From IMG/VR virus record IMGVR_UViG_3300028392_000030, positions 1 to 64,000 of that record: a stretch of 64,000 nt of DNA; one strand, written 5' to 3'. Both the position numbers and the translations under genes were made by a program. This DNA is from a virus. Below, piece after piece: positions 49,799-57,661 of the stretch. How positions within the stretch are numbered: position 1 is the first letter of the stretch; each line of letters starts with the position of its first letter. The notes below the pieces were generated by a model, which saw only the letters and a program-made list of their open reading frames with translations, made no database searches and was not told the DNA's origin.

Positions 49799-50122
49799 AT
49801 GGCAAGAAAACACCTATATACTTGGAACAATGGCGAAGACAAAGAGCTGTTTGAGTCTTTGAAACTGATATTAGGGCCCGTGAAAAATTGGAAAGGACAA
49901 ACTTATAAAAGAACTCTTTCGTTTTTAGCGGAAACCAAATATGGAAATTCTAACACAGACATTGGAGCACTTGAAATGAGAGTTGCTTTCTTAACTAGTA
50001 AACAAAAGGCATCTTATTATAGAACTCGTGGCAGAGAAAATGTATTCAAACAAGTTGTAGTTGGTGCTGTGGCGTCGGGTGTAGCAAGTTATAAGGACCT
50101 AGCGCCAAGATTAAATGGGTAA
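49799..50122 (+). CDS. Hypothetical basic protein
   Basis: AAGGA SD; 107 aa. Confidence 0.6.
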   Translation: MARKHLYTWNNGEDKELFESLKLILGPVKNWKGQTYKRTLSFLAETKYGNSNTDIGALEMRVAFLTSKQKASYYRTRGRENVFKQVVVGAVASGVASYKDLAPRLNG

Positions 50123-50140
50123 ATAAAAGTATTGCTGTAA

Positions 50141-50451
50141 AGCCCGTAAGGGAAGAAGCAAAGAGAAAAGTGTTCTGGACCCGGGTTCGACTCCCGGCAT
50201 CTCCACCTAAGTGTATGGGGTATATTTAGGTGGGGATGACTTGGTTTTCGACAGGGCAAAGAGTAACAGAGTGGACAGCACGGTAGGCGATGACCGTAAA
50301 TCAAGCAAATCAAGTAAATGCAAAAGCATCTACAGGCGAAGTAACTGTTTCTGGTAAGAACGTCAAGTTCTCTGCTCGCACAGTGAAAGCCGAATCTTTC
50401 GCAGTTTAATCGCCGCGATAGGGCAGGAAATGCCTCGTAACAGAAACTACC
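50141..50451 (+). ncRNA. ssrA: Circularly permuted (two-piece) tmRNA
   Basis: T-arm and CATCTCCA (to 50205) precede GGGGATG (50232); G3-U70 pair; hairpin intervening segment; tag frame 50320-50409; outer ends approximate. Confidence 0.85.
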
Positions 50452-50454
50452 AGA

Positions 50455-50477
50455 ACCCGCTTCGGCGGGTCTCTTTT
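50455..50477 (+). terminator. Intrinsic terminator
   Basis: ACCCGC-TTCG-GCGGGT then CTCTTTT. Confidence 0.8.
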
Positions 50478-50522
50478 CGACTGTTTGAGTGGATAAAAAT
50501 TACTGTGTATCAGTAAAACCAC

Positions 50523-50528
50523 TAAATA
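50523..50528 (+). promoter_or_regulatory. Late-type promoter TAAATA
   Basis: TAAATA upstream of porin SD. Confidence 0.5.
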
Positions 50529-50570
50529 ATATGTTGGGCACACGTCCACATTCTTATAAGGAAAAACTAA

Positions 50571-51119
50571 ATGAAGAAAATCTTCGCAATCTTGTCTTTG
50601 GCTGTATCAGGTTTGGCCGTTGCTGGCGACAGCGTGACCCTAGAAAGTCAACACATCAACAACGTTACTGGAAACGCACAACAGGTATATCTGTTAGGTG
50701 TTAAGAAAGAAATCAATCAAAACTTTGCCGGTGACGTGCTTATCAGTAATGCTGTAACCGACAACACCAATGCCTTGAGCACACGCATCGAAACAGGTGG
50801 CACTGTTACTGCACCGTTGTATGGTATTGTAAACGGCTACACTCGTGTTGCATTGGGACAAAAGTATAGCAATACTGCCAACTTTACATACTACTCAATC
50901 GAGCCTGGAGTTAGTGTTCCATTTGGTCCGGTGACAGCCAAAGTGGGTTGGCGCACTCGTACTGCTGTTGACAGCGGCAACAACGACCAAACACACACCA
51001 TGCGCTATACATTGGCTTATGCAGTGACTAAAGTTGATACTGTTGCTGTAAGATATGATCGTGTCAATGGCGATAACGATCAAAAGATCTGGACCGTTAA
51101 TTACACACGCGGTTTCTAA
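50571..51119 (+). CDS. Outer-membrane beta-barrel (OmpL/KdgM-like porin)
   Basis: Signal peptide, alternating amphipathic strands, C-terminal NYTRGF. Confidence 0.65.
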   Translation: MKKIFAILSLAVSGLAVAGDSVTLESQHINNVTGNAQQVYLLGVKKEINQNFAGDVLISNAVTDNTNALSTRIETGGTVTAPLYGIVNGYTRVALGQKYSNTANFTYYSIEPGVSVPFGPVTAKVGWRTRTAVDSGNNDQTHTMRYTLAYAVTKVDTVAVRYDRVNGDNDQKIWTVNYTRGF

Positions 51120-51135
51120 AATTTAAAAATCTAAC

Positions 51136-51159
51136 AAAAGGCTCTTCGGAGCCTTTTTT
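51136..51159 (+). terminator. Intrinsic terminator (possibly bidirectional)
   Basis: AAAAGGCTC-TTCG-GAGCCTTTTTT. Confidence 0.85.
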
Positions 51160-51181
51160 AATGATCAACGGAGTTAGCAGA

Positions 51182-51904
51182 ATGGCAAAATTAATAGTAT
51201 GCGGATGTAGTTTGAGTGCTGATAGCATTGACAGGCCAGGAACAGGCTATGGCCATCAAACAGCCAAGCGGTTGGGTTGGGACGTAGAGATACTGGCACG
51301 GCAAGGATGCAGTAACGGTGGTATCCGTATACAAATAGATGAAGCACTACGCCAACAGCCTGATTTTGTCATTGTGGCACCAACATTTTGTGATCGTATA
51401 GAGATTCCTGCTGCCACTGACTGTGGCTACGATAAAACAGCCGGTATTGATAATGTTAACTATGGCACAAATCCATATCGCATGATTTGTGAAAATATAA
51501 CTACGTTGGTTGGGAATTATAACAATCCATATCGCACAGGTGAACTAGATAAAAATACACAGGAGGCGATTCGACAATACATTAACCACATATACGATGT
51601 CAATTGGAAGCGACAGCAAGATGAATGGATCATGCGCGATGGCATTATGCAGTTGTTCTATTCTGGTATACCATTTTTGATTATCGCCGGCGAACTTTGG
51701 AATACCGGAAATATACGCCAAGCTATACCTAAAGTAGTAGACGATCGATACTTGACCCTTGACTACCAAGAAACACCTAATTATGCAATAACCAATTGGC
51801 CGTTTGAAAGCACAGACCCTGGATACCACGGTAGTCCGGCTGGTCAGGAATATTTGGCAGAAATCTATGCCGACAAGATACGCAATTGGCAATATGCCAG
51901 TTGA
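51182..51904 (+). CDS. SGNH/GDSL-like hydrolase
   Basis: CGCSLS, QGCSN, GYHGS. Confidence 0.6.
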   Translation: MAKLIVCGCSLSADSIDRPGTGYGHQTAKRLGWDVEILARQGCSNGGIRIQIDEALRQQPDFVIVAPTFCDRIEIPAATDCGYDKTAGIDNVNYGTNPYRMICENITTLVGNYNNPYRTGELDKNTQEAIRQYINHIYDVNWKRQQDEWIMRDGIMQLFYSGIPFLIIAGELWNTGNIRQAIPKVVDDRYLTLDYQETPNYAITNWPFESTDPGYHGSPAGQEYLAEIYADKIRNWQYAS

Positions 51905-51929
51905 CAAATCATAAATAACCATGTATAAT
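51901..51929 (+). promoter_or_regulatory. Sigma70-type promoter with embedded TAAATA (leaderless start)
   Basis: TTGACA-17-TATAAT consensus. Confidence 0.85.
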
Positions 51930-51935
51930 ACTACT

Positions 51936-52040
51936 ATGAAAACTAATAAATTACATCCTTCTTTAGGAAATAACCCAGTAATTGGACAAGCCGATTTATG
52001 GGTCTATGGCTGTGAAGATCGTAGAGTGGGTTTTGAATAG
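51936..52040 (+). CDS. Putative attenuator leader peptide (34 aa)
   Basis: MKTNKLHPSLGNNPVIGQADLWVYGCEDRRVGFE read by hand; starts at predicted +1. Confidence 0.55.
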   Translation: MKTNKLHPSLGNNPVIGQADLWVYGCEDRRVGFE

Positions 52041-52065
52041 CAGTAAGTTTTAACTTTTATTCAAC

Positions 52066-52096
52066 AACCCCGAAACTGAACATTCCGGGGTTTTTT
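52066..52096 (+). terminator. Intrinsic terminator/attenuator
   Basis: AACCCCG...CGGGG then T6. Confidence 0.75.
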
Positions 52097-52110
52097 ATTG
52101 GAAGAAAAAT

Positions 52111-52269
52111 ATGGAAAATAAAATACAAGATAAAATTTTTTTAGCACCCGAAGAGCGTGTGGCCTTAATTGAACGCAAGCTCGAACGTGCCCGTGTGCAA
52201 GTTGACGCAATGATAGCTCAAATGGAAGCAGTAAAAAAAGTAAAGAACAATGAACAAACTAATTCGTGA
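52111..52269 (+). CDS. Small coiled-coil protein (52 aa)
   Basis: MENKIQDKIFLAPEERVALIERKLER..., read by hand. Confidence 0.5.
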   Translation: MENKIQDKIFLAPEERVALIERKLERARVQVDAMIAQMEAVKKVKNNEQTNS

Positions 52270-52555
52270 TGGCAAGGTGGCTGTGTTGGTATCACCCGGT
52301 TATGGGGCTGGTTGGTACAGCTGGCACGGTAATGAGGAATTGCTTTACGATCCCAGTATTGCGGAATGGGTCGAACAACAAGCGTTTGATAAAGTTCTTA
52401 CCTATATGGAATTAAAGCATCCAGATGTTTATTGCGGAGGATTAGAAGACTTAGAGGTCAATTGGGTCTCAACCGGAGATCGTTTCCGTATTGATGAACA
52501 CGACGGAGCAGAAAGTTTGGTGCTGGAAAAAAACGAATATTGGCTAACTGCTTGA
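52250..52555 (+). CDS. Hypothetical phage protein
   Basis: VAVLVSPGYGAGWYSW...IDEHDGAE. Confidence 0.75.
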   Translation: MNKLIRDGKVAVLVSPGYGAGWYSWHGNEELLYDPSIAEWVEQQAFDKVLTYMELKHPDVYCGGLEDLEVNWVSTGDRFRIDEHDGAESLVLEKNEYWLTA

Positions 52556-52586
52556 TGGTAATACAAAAGTATTACAAACAATTTGG

Positions 52587-52615
52587 TTGACCCAAAATAG
52601 CTATTCGGCTATAAT
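52587..52615 (+). promoter_or_regulatory. Sigma70-type promoter
   Basis: TTGACC-17-TATAAT. Confidence 0.75.
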
Positions 52616-52642
52616 AGAGTAACAGTTAGAAGAAAGGAGGGC

Positions 52643-53248
52643 ATGATGCCTAGTGTATTTTTAGTAAGCGACACGCATTTCGGACATACCGGCGTCTGCC
52701 GCTTCACCCGTAATGACGGTGTTACAAAGTTAAGGCCGTGGGATAGTCCTGAAGAAATGGACGAAGCCATGGTCAAGGCCTGGAACGAACGTGTTAAGCC
52801 CACAGACAAGGTCTACCATTTGGGTGACGTTGTGATCAATCGTAAGGCCTTGGGTATTATGCATAGATTGAACGGTGATAAGGTGTTGATCCGTGGTAAT
52901 CATGACATCTTCAAAGATGCCGACTATCGTGAACATTTTCGTGAACTTCGTGCATACCATGTGATGAATGGTATGATCTTGAGTCATATTCCTGTTCACG
53001 CAGAAAGTCTTGGTCGTTTTGGTGTTAACATTCACGGACACTTGCATGCCAACCGTGTCAAGCGGGCTCGTGGTGTTGATGCTAGAACCGGAGAAGTTTT
53101 ATACAGTGATGAGAACGACGTTCGTTATCATTGTGTCTGTGTAGAGCAAACTGATTTTGCACCCATCTTGTTTGAAGACGTGATCAAGCGAATTGAAGCA
53201 GAAGGTGGTGCAGTAGGTTTTAGGAACGGAAATGGTCCTACGATGTAG
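52643..53248 (+). CDS. Calcineurin-like metallophosphoesterase
   Basis: SDTHFGH, LGD, GNHD, SH, HGHLH. Confidence 0.9.
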   Translation: MMPSVFLVSDTHFGHTGVCRFTRNDGVTKLRPWDSPEEMDEAMVKAWNERVKPTDKVYHLGDVVINRKALGIMHRLNGDKVLIRGNHDIFKDADYREHFRELRAYHVMNGMILSHIPVHAESLGRFGVNIHGHLHANRVKRARGVDARTGEVLYSDENDVRYHCVCVEQTDFAPILFEDVIKRIEAEGGAVGFRNGNGPTM

Positions 53249-53253
53249 TTTTT

Positions 53254-53327
53254 GTATCCCTGATGTAATGGCAGCATAGCGGTCTCCAAAACCGTTCGTC
53301 GGAGTTCGAGTCTCTGGGGGTATGCCA
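53254..53327 (+). tRNA. tRNA-Trp(CCA)
   Basis: GCGGT-CTCCAAA-ACCGT; cloverleaf; CCA. Confidence 0.9.
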
Positions 53328-53335
53328 AAAATAGT

Positions 53336-53364
53336 TTGACAAGATATAGGAGTTAGTGTAAAAT
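53336..53364 (+). promoter_or_regulatory. Sigma70-type promoter for tRNA array
   Basis: TTGACA-17-TAAAAT. Confidence 0.7.
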
Positions 53365-53375
53365 ACAAATTCAAT

Positions 53376-53449
53376 CGCGGATTAGAGAAACGGTATCTCG
53401 GGAGTCTCATAAGCTCCAGTTGGTGGTTCGATTCCATCATCCGCAACCA
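53376..53449 (+). tRNA. tRNA-fMet-like (CAT)
   Basis: C1:A72 mismatch; GGAGT-CTCATAA-GCTCC. Confidence 0.85.
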
Positions 53450-53463
53450 ATCGAAAGGTAAAC

Positions 53464-53667
53464 ATGGACATTGATCAAGCGGCAGTATTTTTAGCAGGTA
53501 GTATTTTAACAGCACTGGGATTTATTATTATTGTAATAGCGGCAGTTGTTATTAATAATATCATTCACAAATATTGGAAAAGTTTTGGTTGGAATTTTTT
53601 TCCAGCTTATGTGCAAAAAGAAGAAAAAGAAGTGGTTTACGAAGAACCCAAGTTGGATAAGAAATAA
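53464..53667 (+). CDS. Small membrane protein
   Basis: One long hydrophobic helix. Confidence 0.6.
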   Translation: MDIDQAAVFLAGSILTALGFIIIVIAAVVINNIIHKYWKSFGWNFFPAYVQKEEKEVVYEEPKLDKK

Positions 53668-53669
53668 GT

Positions 53670-53746
53670 CGGAGTGTAGCACAGCCTGGTAGTGCGCCTG
53701 GTTTGGGACCAGGAGGTCCGAGGTTCGATCCCTCGTACTCCGACCA
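53670..53746 (+). tRNA. tRNA-Pro(TGG)
   Basis: CCTGG-TTTGGGA-CCAGG; CCA. Confidence 0.92.
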
Positions 53747-53753
53747 AGAGTTT

Positions 53754-53828
53754 GGCTTCATAGTATAATGGTTAGTACGGTGGCTTGTCACGCCACTAAT
53801 AGGAGTTCGATTCTCCTTGAAGCCGCCA
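53754..53828 (+). tRNA. tRNA-Asp(GTC)
   Basis: GTGGC-TTGTCAC-GCCAC; CCA. Confidence 0.92.
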
Positions 53829-54234
53829 AGTTAGGGTGCCTGAACATAAATGCATAAGACAGTTCAGGTTAAGTGGTATCCCGTTATGGGGCCAGCCCAC
53901 CTAACGTGCCAACTGTCATTGGCTAGTCTGACCCAGACGATGAGAAGTGGTATGACAACCACGGGTGGTTCTGAAACGAAAAGTTTCACACAGAAGCCAT
54001 GATAGAACATGGATGTATGTGCGGTCCAACCTAACCGGCGCTAGCAATGCGAGAACGGTCCCTGTCGGGAAGCGGGTGGAAGGTGTAAGTGACGAACAGA
54101 CTAGTTAGGGCAACTTGACGAAATTTCTGATACACTATAATTACCGCCGGGGGACGCAGAGCATATATGAACACATTCGGTTGGCCCATAGCCAACAGAG
54201 ACATCAGAAACGTGAGTGTGTTCTTATATGTTTT
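53829..54234 (+). ncRNA. Candidate large structured ncRNA (GOLLD/ROOL-like context)
   Basis: No convincing ORF; many hairpins and nested long-range helices between tRNA-Asp and tRNA-Tyr. Confidence 0.55.
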
Positions 54235-54320
54235 GGAGATGTAGGAAAATTGGTAACCCCAGTGGACTGTAAATCCGCCGCCTTCAGGCACTGTTGGTTC
54301 GACTCCAGCCGTCTCCACCA
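54235..54320 (+). tRNA. tRNA-Tyr(GTA)
   Basis: GTGGA-CTGTAAA-TCCGC; long variable arm; CCA. Confidence 0.92.
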
Positions 54321-54325
54321 AACAT

Positions 54326-54401
54326 GCTCGGTTCGTCTATCGGCTAGGACACTGCCCTTTCACGGCAGGAAGGAGGGGTTCGATTCCCCCACCGAGTACC
54401 A
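54326..54401 (+). tRNA. tRNA-Glu(TTC)
   Basis: CTGCC-CTTTCAC-GGCAG; CCA. Confidence 0.92.
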
Positions 54402-54408
54402 GTCAGTC

Positions 54409-54492
54409 GCGATTGTGGAGAAATGGTATACTCAGCAGACTTAAAATCTGCCGTCAAAAGACATGCTGGTTCGAGTCCAGCCAGTCGCACCA
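54409..54492 (+). tRNA. tRNA-Leu(TAA)
   Basis: GCAGA-CTTAAAA-TCTGC; variable arm; CCA. Confidence 0.92.
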
Positions 54493-54511
54493 ATACAATG
54501 GTACTTTAACG

Positions 54512-54517
54512 TAAATA
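54512..54517 (+). promoter_or_regulatory. Late-type promoter TAAATA
   Basis: 7 nt before ATG 54524. Confidence 0.55.
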
Positions 54518-54523
54518 CATAAT

Positions 54524-55501
54524 ATGCCAAAAATACTTAATTTCCAATCCGAGTTAGGCCCATTTGCAATAGAATTACTAGACAATTTATTTGTTAATCA
54601 ATGGCTAGAACATTTCTTAAAGATAGTTAACAAATATCATCTAACTGGTAGATCTGTGTCGTGGCCATTTGTTACAGACAGTATCAAGTCTACTGACTGT
54701 ATTGAAAATCTAATGAAATCAATAGAGCTGGCTAACAGTTTAACTTATATAAGTCCGTTTCCTGAAACAGTATCCAAAAATGAACTTGCACTTTTAAATT
54801 TGGATACACAAAAAATACTGAACAGACTTCATCGTTACTGTGTCGCTGCAGCTGATACGCGAAATCGCTGGGTGCGGGACCAAGAACCTACATTTGACTG
54901 GGTGCCTTATGAAGTTGAACAATTCAATTATACAGTAGACCTAATTAATCAAAATATACATCGTTTGGAACTGTATGTGCATACACCGCATAAAGATAAA
55001 TTTCGTAAGCCAGGATGGCATACCACTGAACTTATTTTTAATGCCTCGAAATATGATGATGTCACTGTGTATCATGATGATGTTGATGTCATCATCGACG
55101 ATGCCATGTTTGAATATTTACGGTTATCTGGATATGATGTTTGGATCAAAAAAGATCTATTAGGAAAAGATTTTATCACAGGGTTTGCCGATCATGACGA
55201 TCCTGGGCAAATAGACATTCGTCCACCAACTATGTATTCAGGAGGTATTCAAATCGACAATAACAACGGCAAGGAAACTATATATCAAAGTTCAGAATTT
55301 ATAAATTGGCTGGGCAAATACCCCAACAACTTTCATGGAAATTATCCATTGGGCAATGTTGTTAGTAACAAACAAAACTCACTTGCTAAACAGATACAAT
55401 TTGTTGGAATAAGTAATAGCTCACAGGTGTTTACAGACACAATAATGTCTGTTGCCCCGGTGCTTGATAAATTGTCACAAGGCCAATCAAATGAAAATTA
55501 A
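54524..55501 (+). CDS. Hypothetical protein
   Basis: 325-aa AT-rich ORF inside tRNA array. Confidence 0.7.
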   Translation: MPKILNFQSELGPFAIELLDNLFVNQWLEHFLKIVNKYHLTGRSVSWPFVTDSIKSTDCIENLMKSIELANSLTYISPFPETVSKNELALLNLDTQKILNRLHRYCVAAADTRNRWVRDQEPTFDWVPYEVEQFNYTVDLINQNIHRLELYVHTPHKDKFRKPGWHTTELIFNASKYDDVTVYHDDVDVIIDDAMFEYLRLSGYDVWIKKDLLGKDFITGFADHDDPGQIDIRPPTMYSGGIQIDNNNGKETIYQSSEFINWLGKYPNNFHGNYPLGNVVSNKQNSLAKQIQFVGISNSSQVFTDTIMSVAPVLDKLSQGQSNEN

Positions 55502-56156
55502 AAATTATATAGTAAGATCTCTATACAAAATCAACAATGGAGTAGAAATTTATCCCAGTGGACAACCGTCTATAACATCTACAGATTATCGTGTATATAA
55601 AAAAATGCACGACTTAACTCTTCCTACATTGCAAAAACACATAGGTGGCGAATGGGAATTGGTATTGTTTGAAGGCGAAGTGGACTATGCTCAAGAAATG
55701 CATAGGGATGTTTTTATGAGAACTTATCAATTATGGTCCGAGCAACCATGCAATATACTTTTTGTTGACTTAGATATCATGGCATTTGGATCGATTGATT
55801 TTTTTGATCAATATAAAAATTTCGCAATGTTTACCGAAATAAGAGAGCAATTTTACAATTGCGGATTGCGTTATTTTCCTCATACTATGGATCCAGCTGT
55901 TTGGGCTGTCGGGTTAGAATTATATAAAGAGTGGGGCAATGATACCGAATGGGATAGAGATCAATTGGTTTATTCTAAAATGATATGCAGCCAACCGGAT
56001 TTTGTTTTTAAACAAGTGCCTATAAATTCTCAATTTGACGGAATTCGGTATGATCCTGAGTATGCCAATCAATACAAACTGTTACATTTTCACAGTTCAA
56101 AAGGCCCCAAACCGGTCTATGCATTGATGAAAAAATATGCCGAGCAATCGGTTTGA
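55491..56156 (+). CDS. Nucleotide-diphospho-sugar transferase-like protein
   Basis: FVDLD DxD, NCGLRYFP, WDRDQ, LHFHSS; paralogue of 39326. Confidence 0.55.
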   Translation: MKIKNYIVRSLYKINNGVEIYPSGQPSITSTDYRVYKKMHDLTLPTLQKHIGGEWELVLFEGEVDYAQEMHRDVFMRTYQLWSEQPCNILFVDLDIMAFGSIDFFDQYKNFAMFTEIREQFYNCGLRYFPHTMDPAVWAVGLELYKEWGNDTEWDRDQLVYSKMICSQPDFVFKQVPINSQFDGIRYDPEYANQYKLLHFHSSKGPKPVYALMKKYAEQSV

Positions 56157-56162
56157 CAATAT

Positions 56163-56236
56163 GCGGGGTTAGTTTAATGGTAAAACGAGATCCTTCCAAG
56201 TTCAAGTCAGGAGTTCGATTCTCCTACTCCGCTCCA
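56163..56236 (+). tRNA. tRNA-Gly(TCC), imperfect anticodon stem
   Basis: GCGGGGT acceptor, CTTCCAA loop, CCA; two stem mismatches. Confidence 0.8.
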
Positions 56237-56250
56237 ACCCAAGGTAATTT

Positions 56251-56502
56251 ATGTTAGAATATGCGGTTACATTCTTTGCAGTATTTGCTACTGACTTGAT
56301 TTATGTGTATTTTGTCAAGTCGATCCAGGACAACCGACCCTTGATGGCCGCTTGGTGGAGTATGGCAGTGACTTTCACTGCCAGTGTAGCAGTGATCAAT
56401 TATACTGCTGATCACTGGGCCTTGATTCCGGCCTTGGCCGGTGCCTACTGTGGCACCTTGTTTGGCATGTGGATCAAGCGAAAGATCAACGTAGGACCTT
56501 AG
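56251..56502 (+). CDS. Small multi-pass membrane protein
   Basis: Three hydrophobic segments; stop codon lies inside tRNA-Val 5' end. Confidence 0.65.
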   Translation: MLEYAVTFFAVFATDLIYVYFVKSIQDNRPLMAAWWSMAVTFTASVAVINYTADHWALIPALAGAYCGTLFGMWIKRKINVGP

Positions 56503-56568
56503 CTCAGTTGGTAGAGTGTCTGCCTTACAAGCAGAATGTCGTCAGTTCGAACCTGGCAGGTCCTACCA
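56493..56568 (+). tRNA. tRNA-Val(TAC)
   Basis: TCTGC-CTTACAA-GCAGA; CCA. Confidence 0.9.
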
Positions 56569-56575
56569 GTATTAT

Positions 56576-56653
56576 GCAACGGTGGCAGAGTGGCCCAATG
56601 CAACGGATTGCAAATCCGTAAAACCGCTGGTTCAAATCCAGCCCGTTGCTCCA
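56576..56653 (+). tRNA. tRNA-Cys(GCA)
   Basis: ACGGA-TTGCAAA-TCCGT; U73; CCA. Confidence 0.9.
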
Positions 56654-57657
56654 GTTTCGACAGATCGTAAGTATTCAGTAAGAGGATGCATCCAGTCAGT
56701 TGATAAAAAATGTTGTTGATTGTGTGTGAGTACCGACTGCAACTTTTGCATCACTGTCTCGGGATCCAACCGACACAAGAGTTCAACTTGCTGCCATGCC
56801 TGGGCAAAACGTTCAGTCTCATCATCAATAGTATCATAATTTTCGTCAATCACTGAGTTAAAAGTTTGAAAGCCTAAGCTGCGCAAATTACGTAAAAAAT
56901 ACTGGCCGCTGAACACTATAAAAGGTCTACCAGCTACAATGGGTTTGGCAGTTTTTTCAGTAAATTGACTGTAATAATTAGTGCATACCGTTTCAGCCAC
57001 TATACTATAAAAAGTTTGATTGTAGATATCAACCGGTAACAAGTTGCTGATTGCAACAAAATTTCCGTGCGTGTCCATGCGAACTCGATGTGTAGTTGCT
57101 TGAGCACCATTGATATTCTGTGACCATATGCCTTGACCAATTTGGTCTTTGAAATAGTTATACACAATATGATCTTGACAGCCACTGGATTTATACAGTT
57201 GTTCAATTTGATCTCTGTGTGATTTTTTTGTGCCCAGTAAACAATCAAAGCGTTTCGGCCGATTTGATTCAATATGCAGTTGTGACTGTAACTTTTTTGC
57301 CCAAGCGTCGGTCGCGTAGTAATTGTTGGATTGACCAAACCAACTGATCAATGGAACAACATTGGTAGTAGAAAAATTTGCAATCACAGGAGAAAAAATA
57401 ATAATTTTAGAGCTACTGTGTGCCTGAACAAACTGATAAAAATCTCCGGTAGGTTCATCAACTATCACTATCAGCAATCGAGTTTTATCTAACAATTGCT
57501 CAATCACCTTGGCATGTGCTGAATAGTTACTGTTGTAAAACGTAATTGAAATCAAATCACATGCATTGGAAATTTGGTCAATGTGTTGATAGTTTTTATA
57601 TACGTCTGAGGTCGATTCAACCAACGAGAAACAAAAATTGTCTAAAAAAAACTTCAT
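56632..57657 (-). CDS. GT10-like putative glycosyltransferase
   Basis: SIVAET...FTEKTAKPIVAGRPFIVF...GFQTF...IDENYD. Confidence 0.55.
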   Translation of the reverse strand: MKFFLDNFCFSLVESTSDVYKNYQHIDQISNACDLISITFYNSNYSAHAKVIEQLLDKTRLLIVIVDEPTGDFYQFVQAHSSSKIIIFSPVIANFSTTNVVPLISWFGQSNNYYATDAWAKKLQSQLHIESNRPKRFDCLLGTKKSHRDQIEQLYKSSGCQDHIVYNYFKDQIGQGIWSQNINGAQATTHRVRMDTHGNFVAISNLLPVDIYNQTFYSIVAETVCTNYYSQFTEKTAKPIVAGRPFIVFSGQYFLRNLRSLGFQTFNSVIDENYDTIDDETERFAQAWQQVELLCRLDPETVMQKLQSVLTHNQQHFLSTDWMHPLTEYLRSVETGATGWI

Positions 57658-57661
57658 TTTA

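Noticed and set aside
54114-54140. Sigma70 promoter TTGACG...TATAAT
   Set aside because: 15-nt spacer and lies inside the structured RNA candidate.
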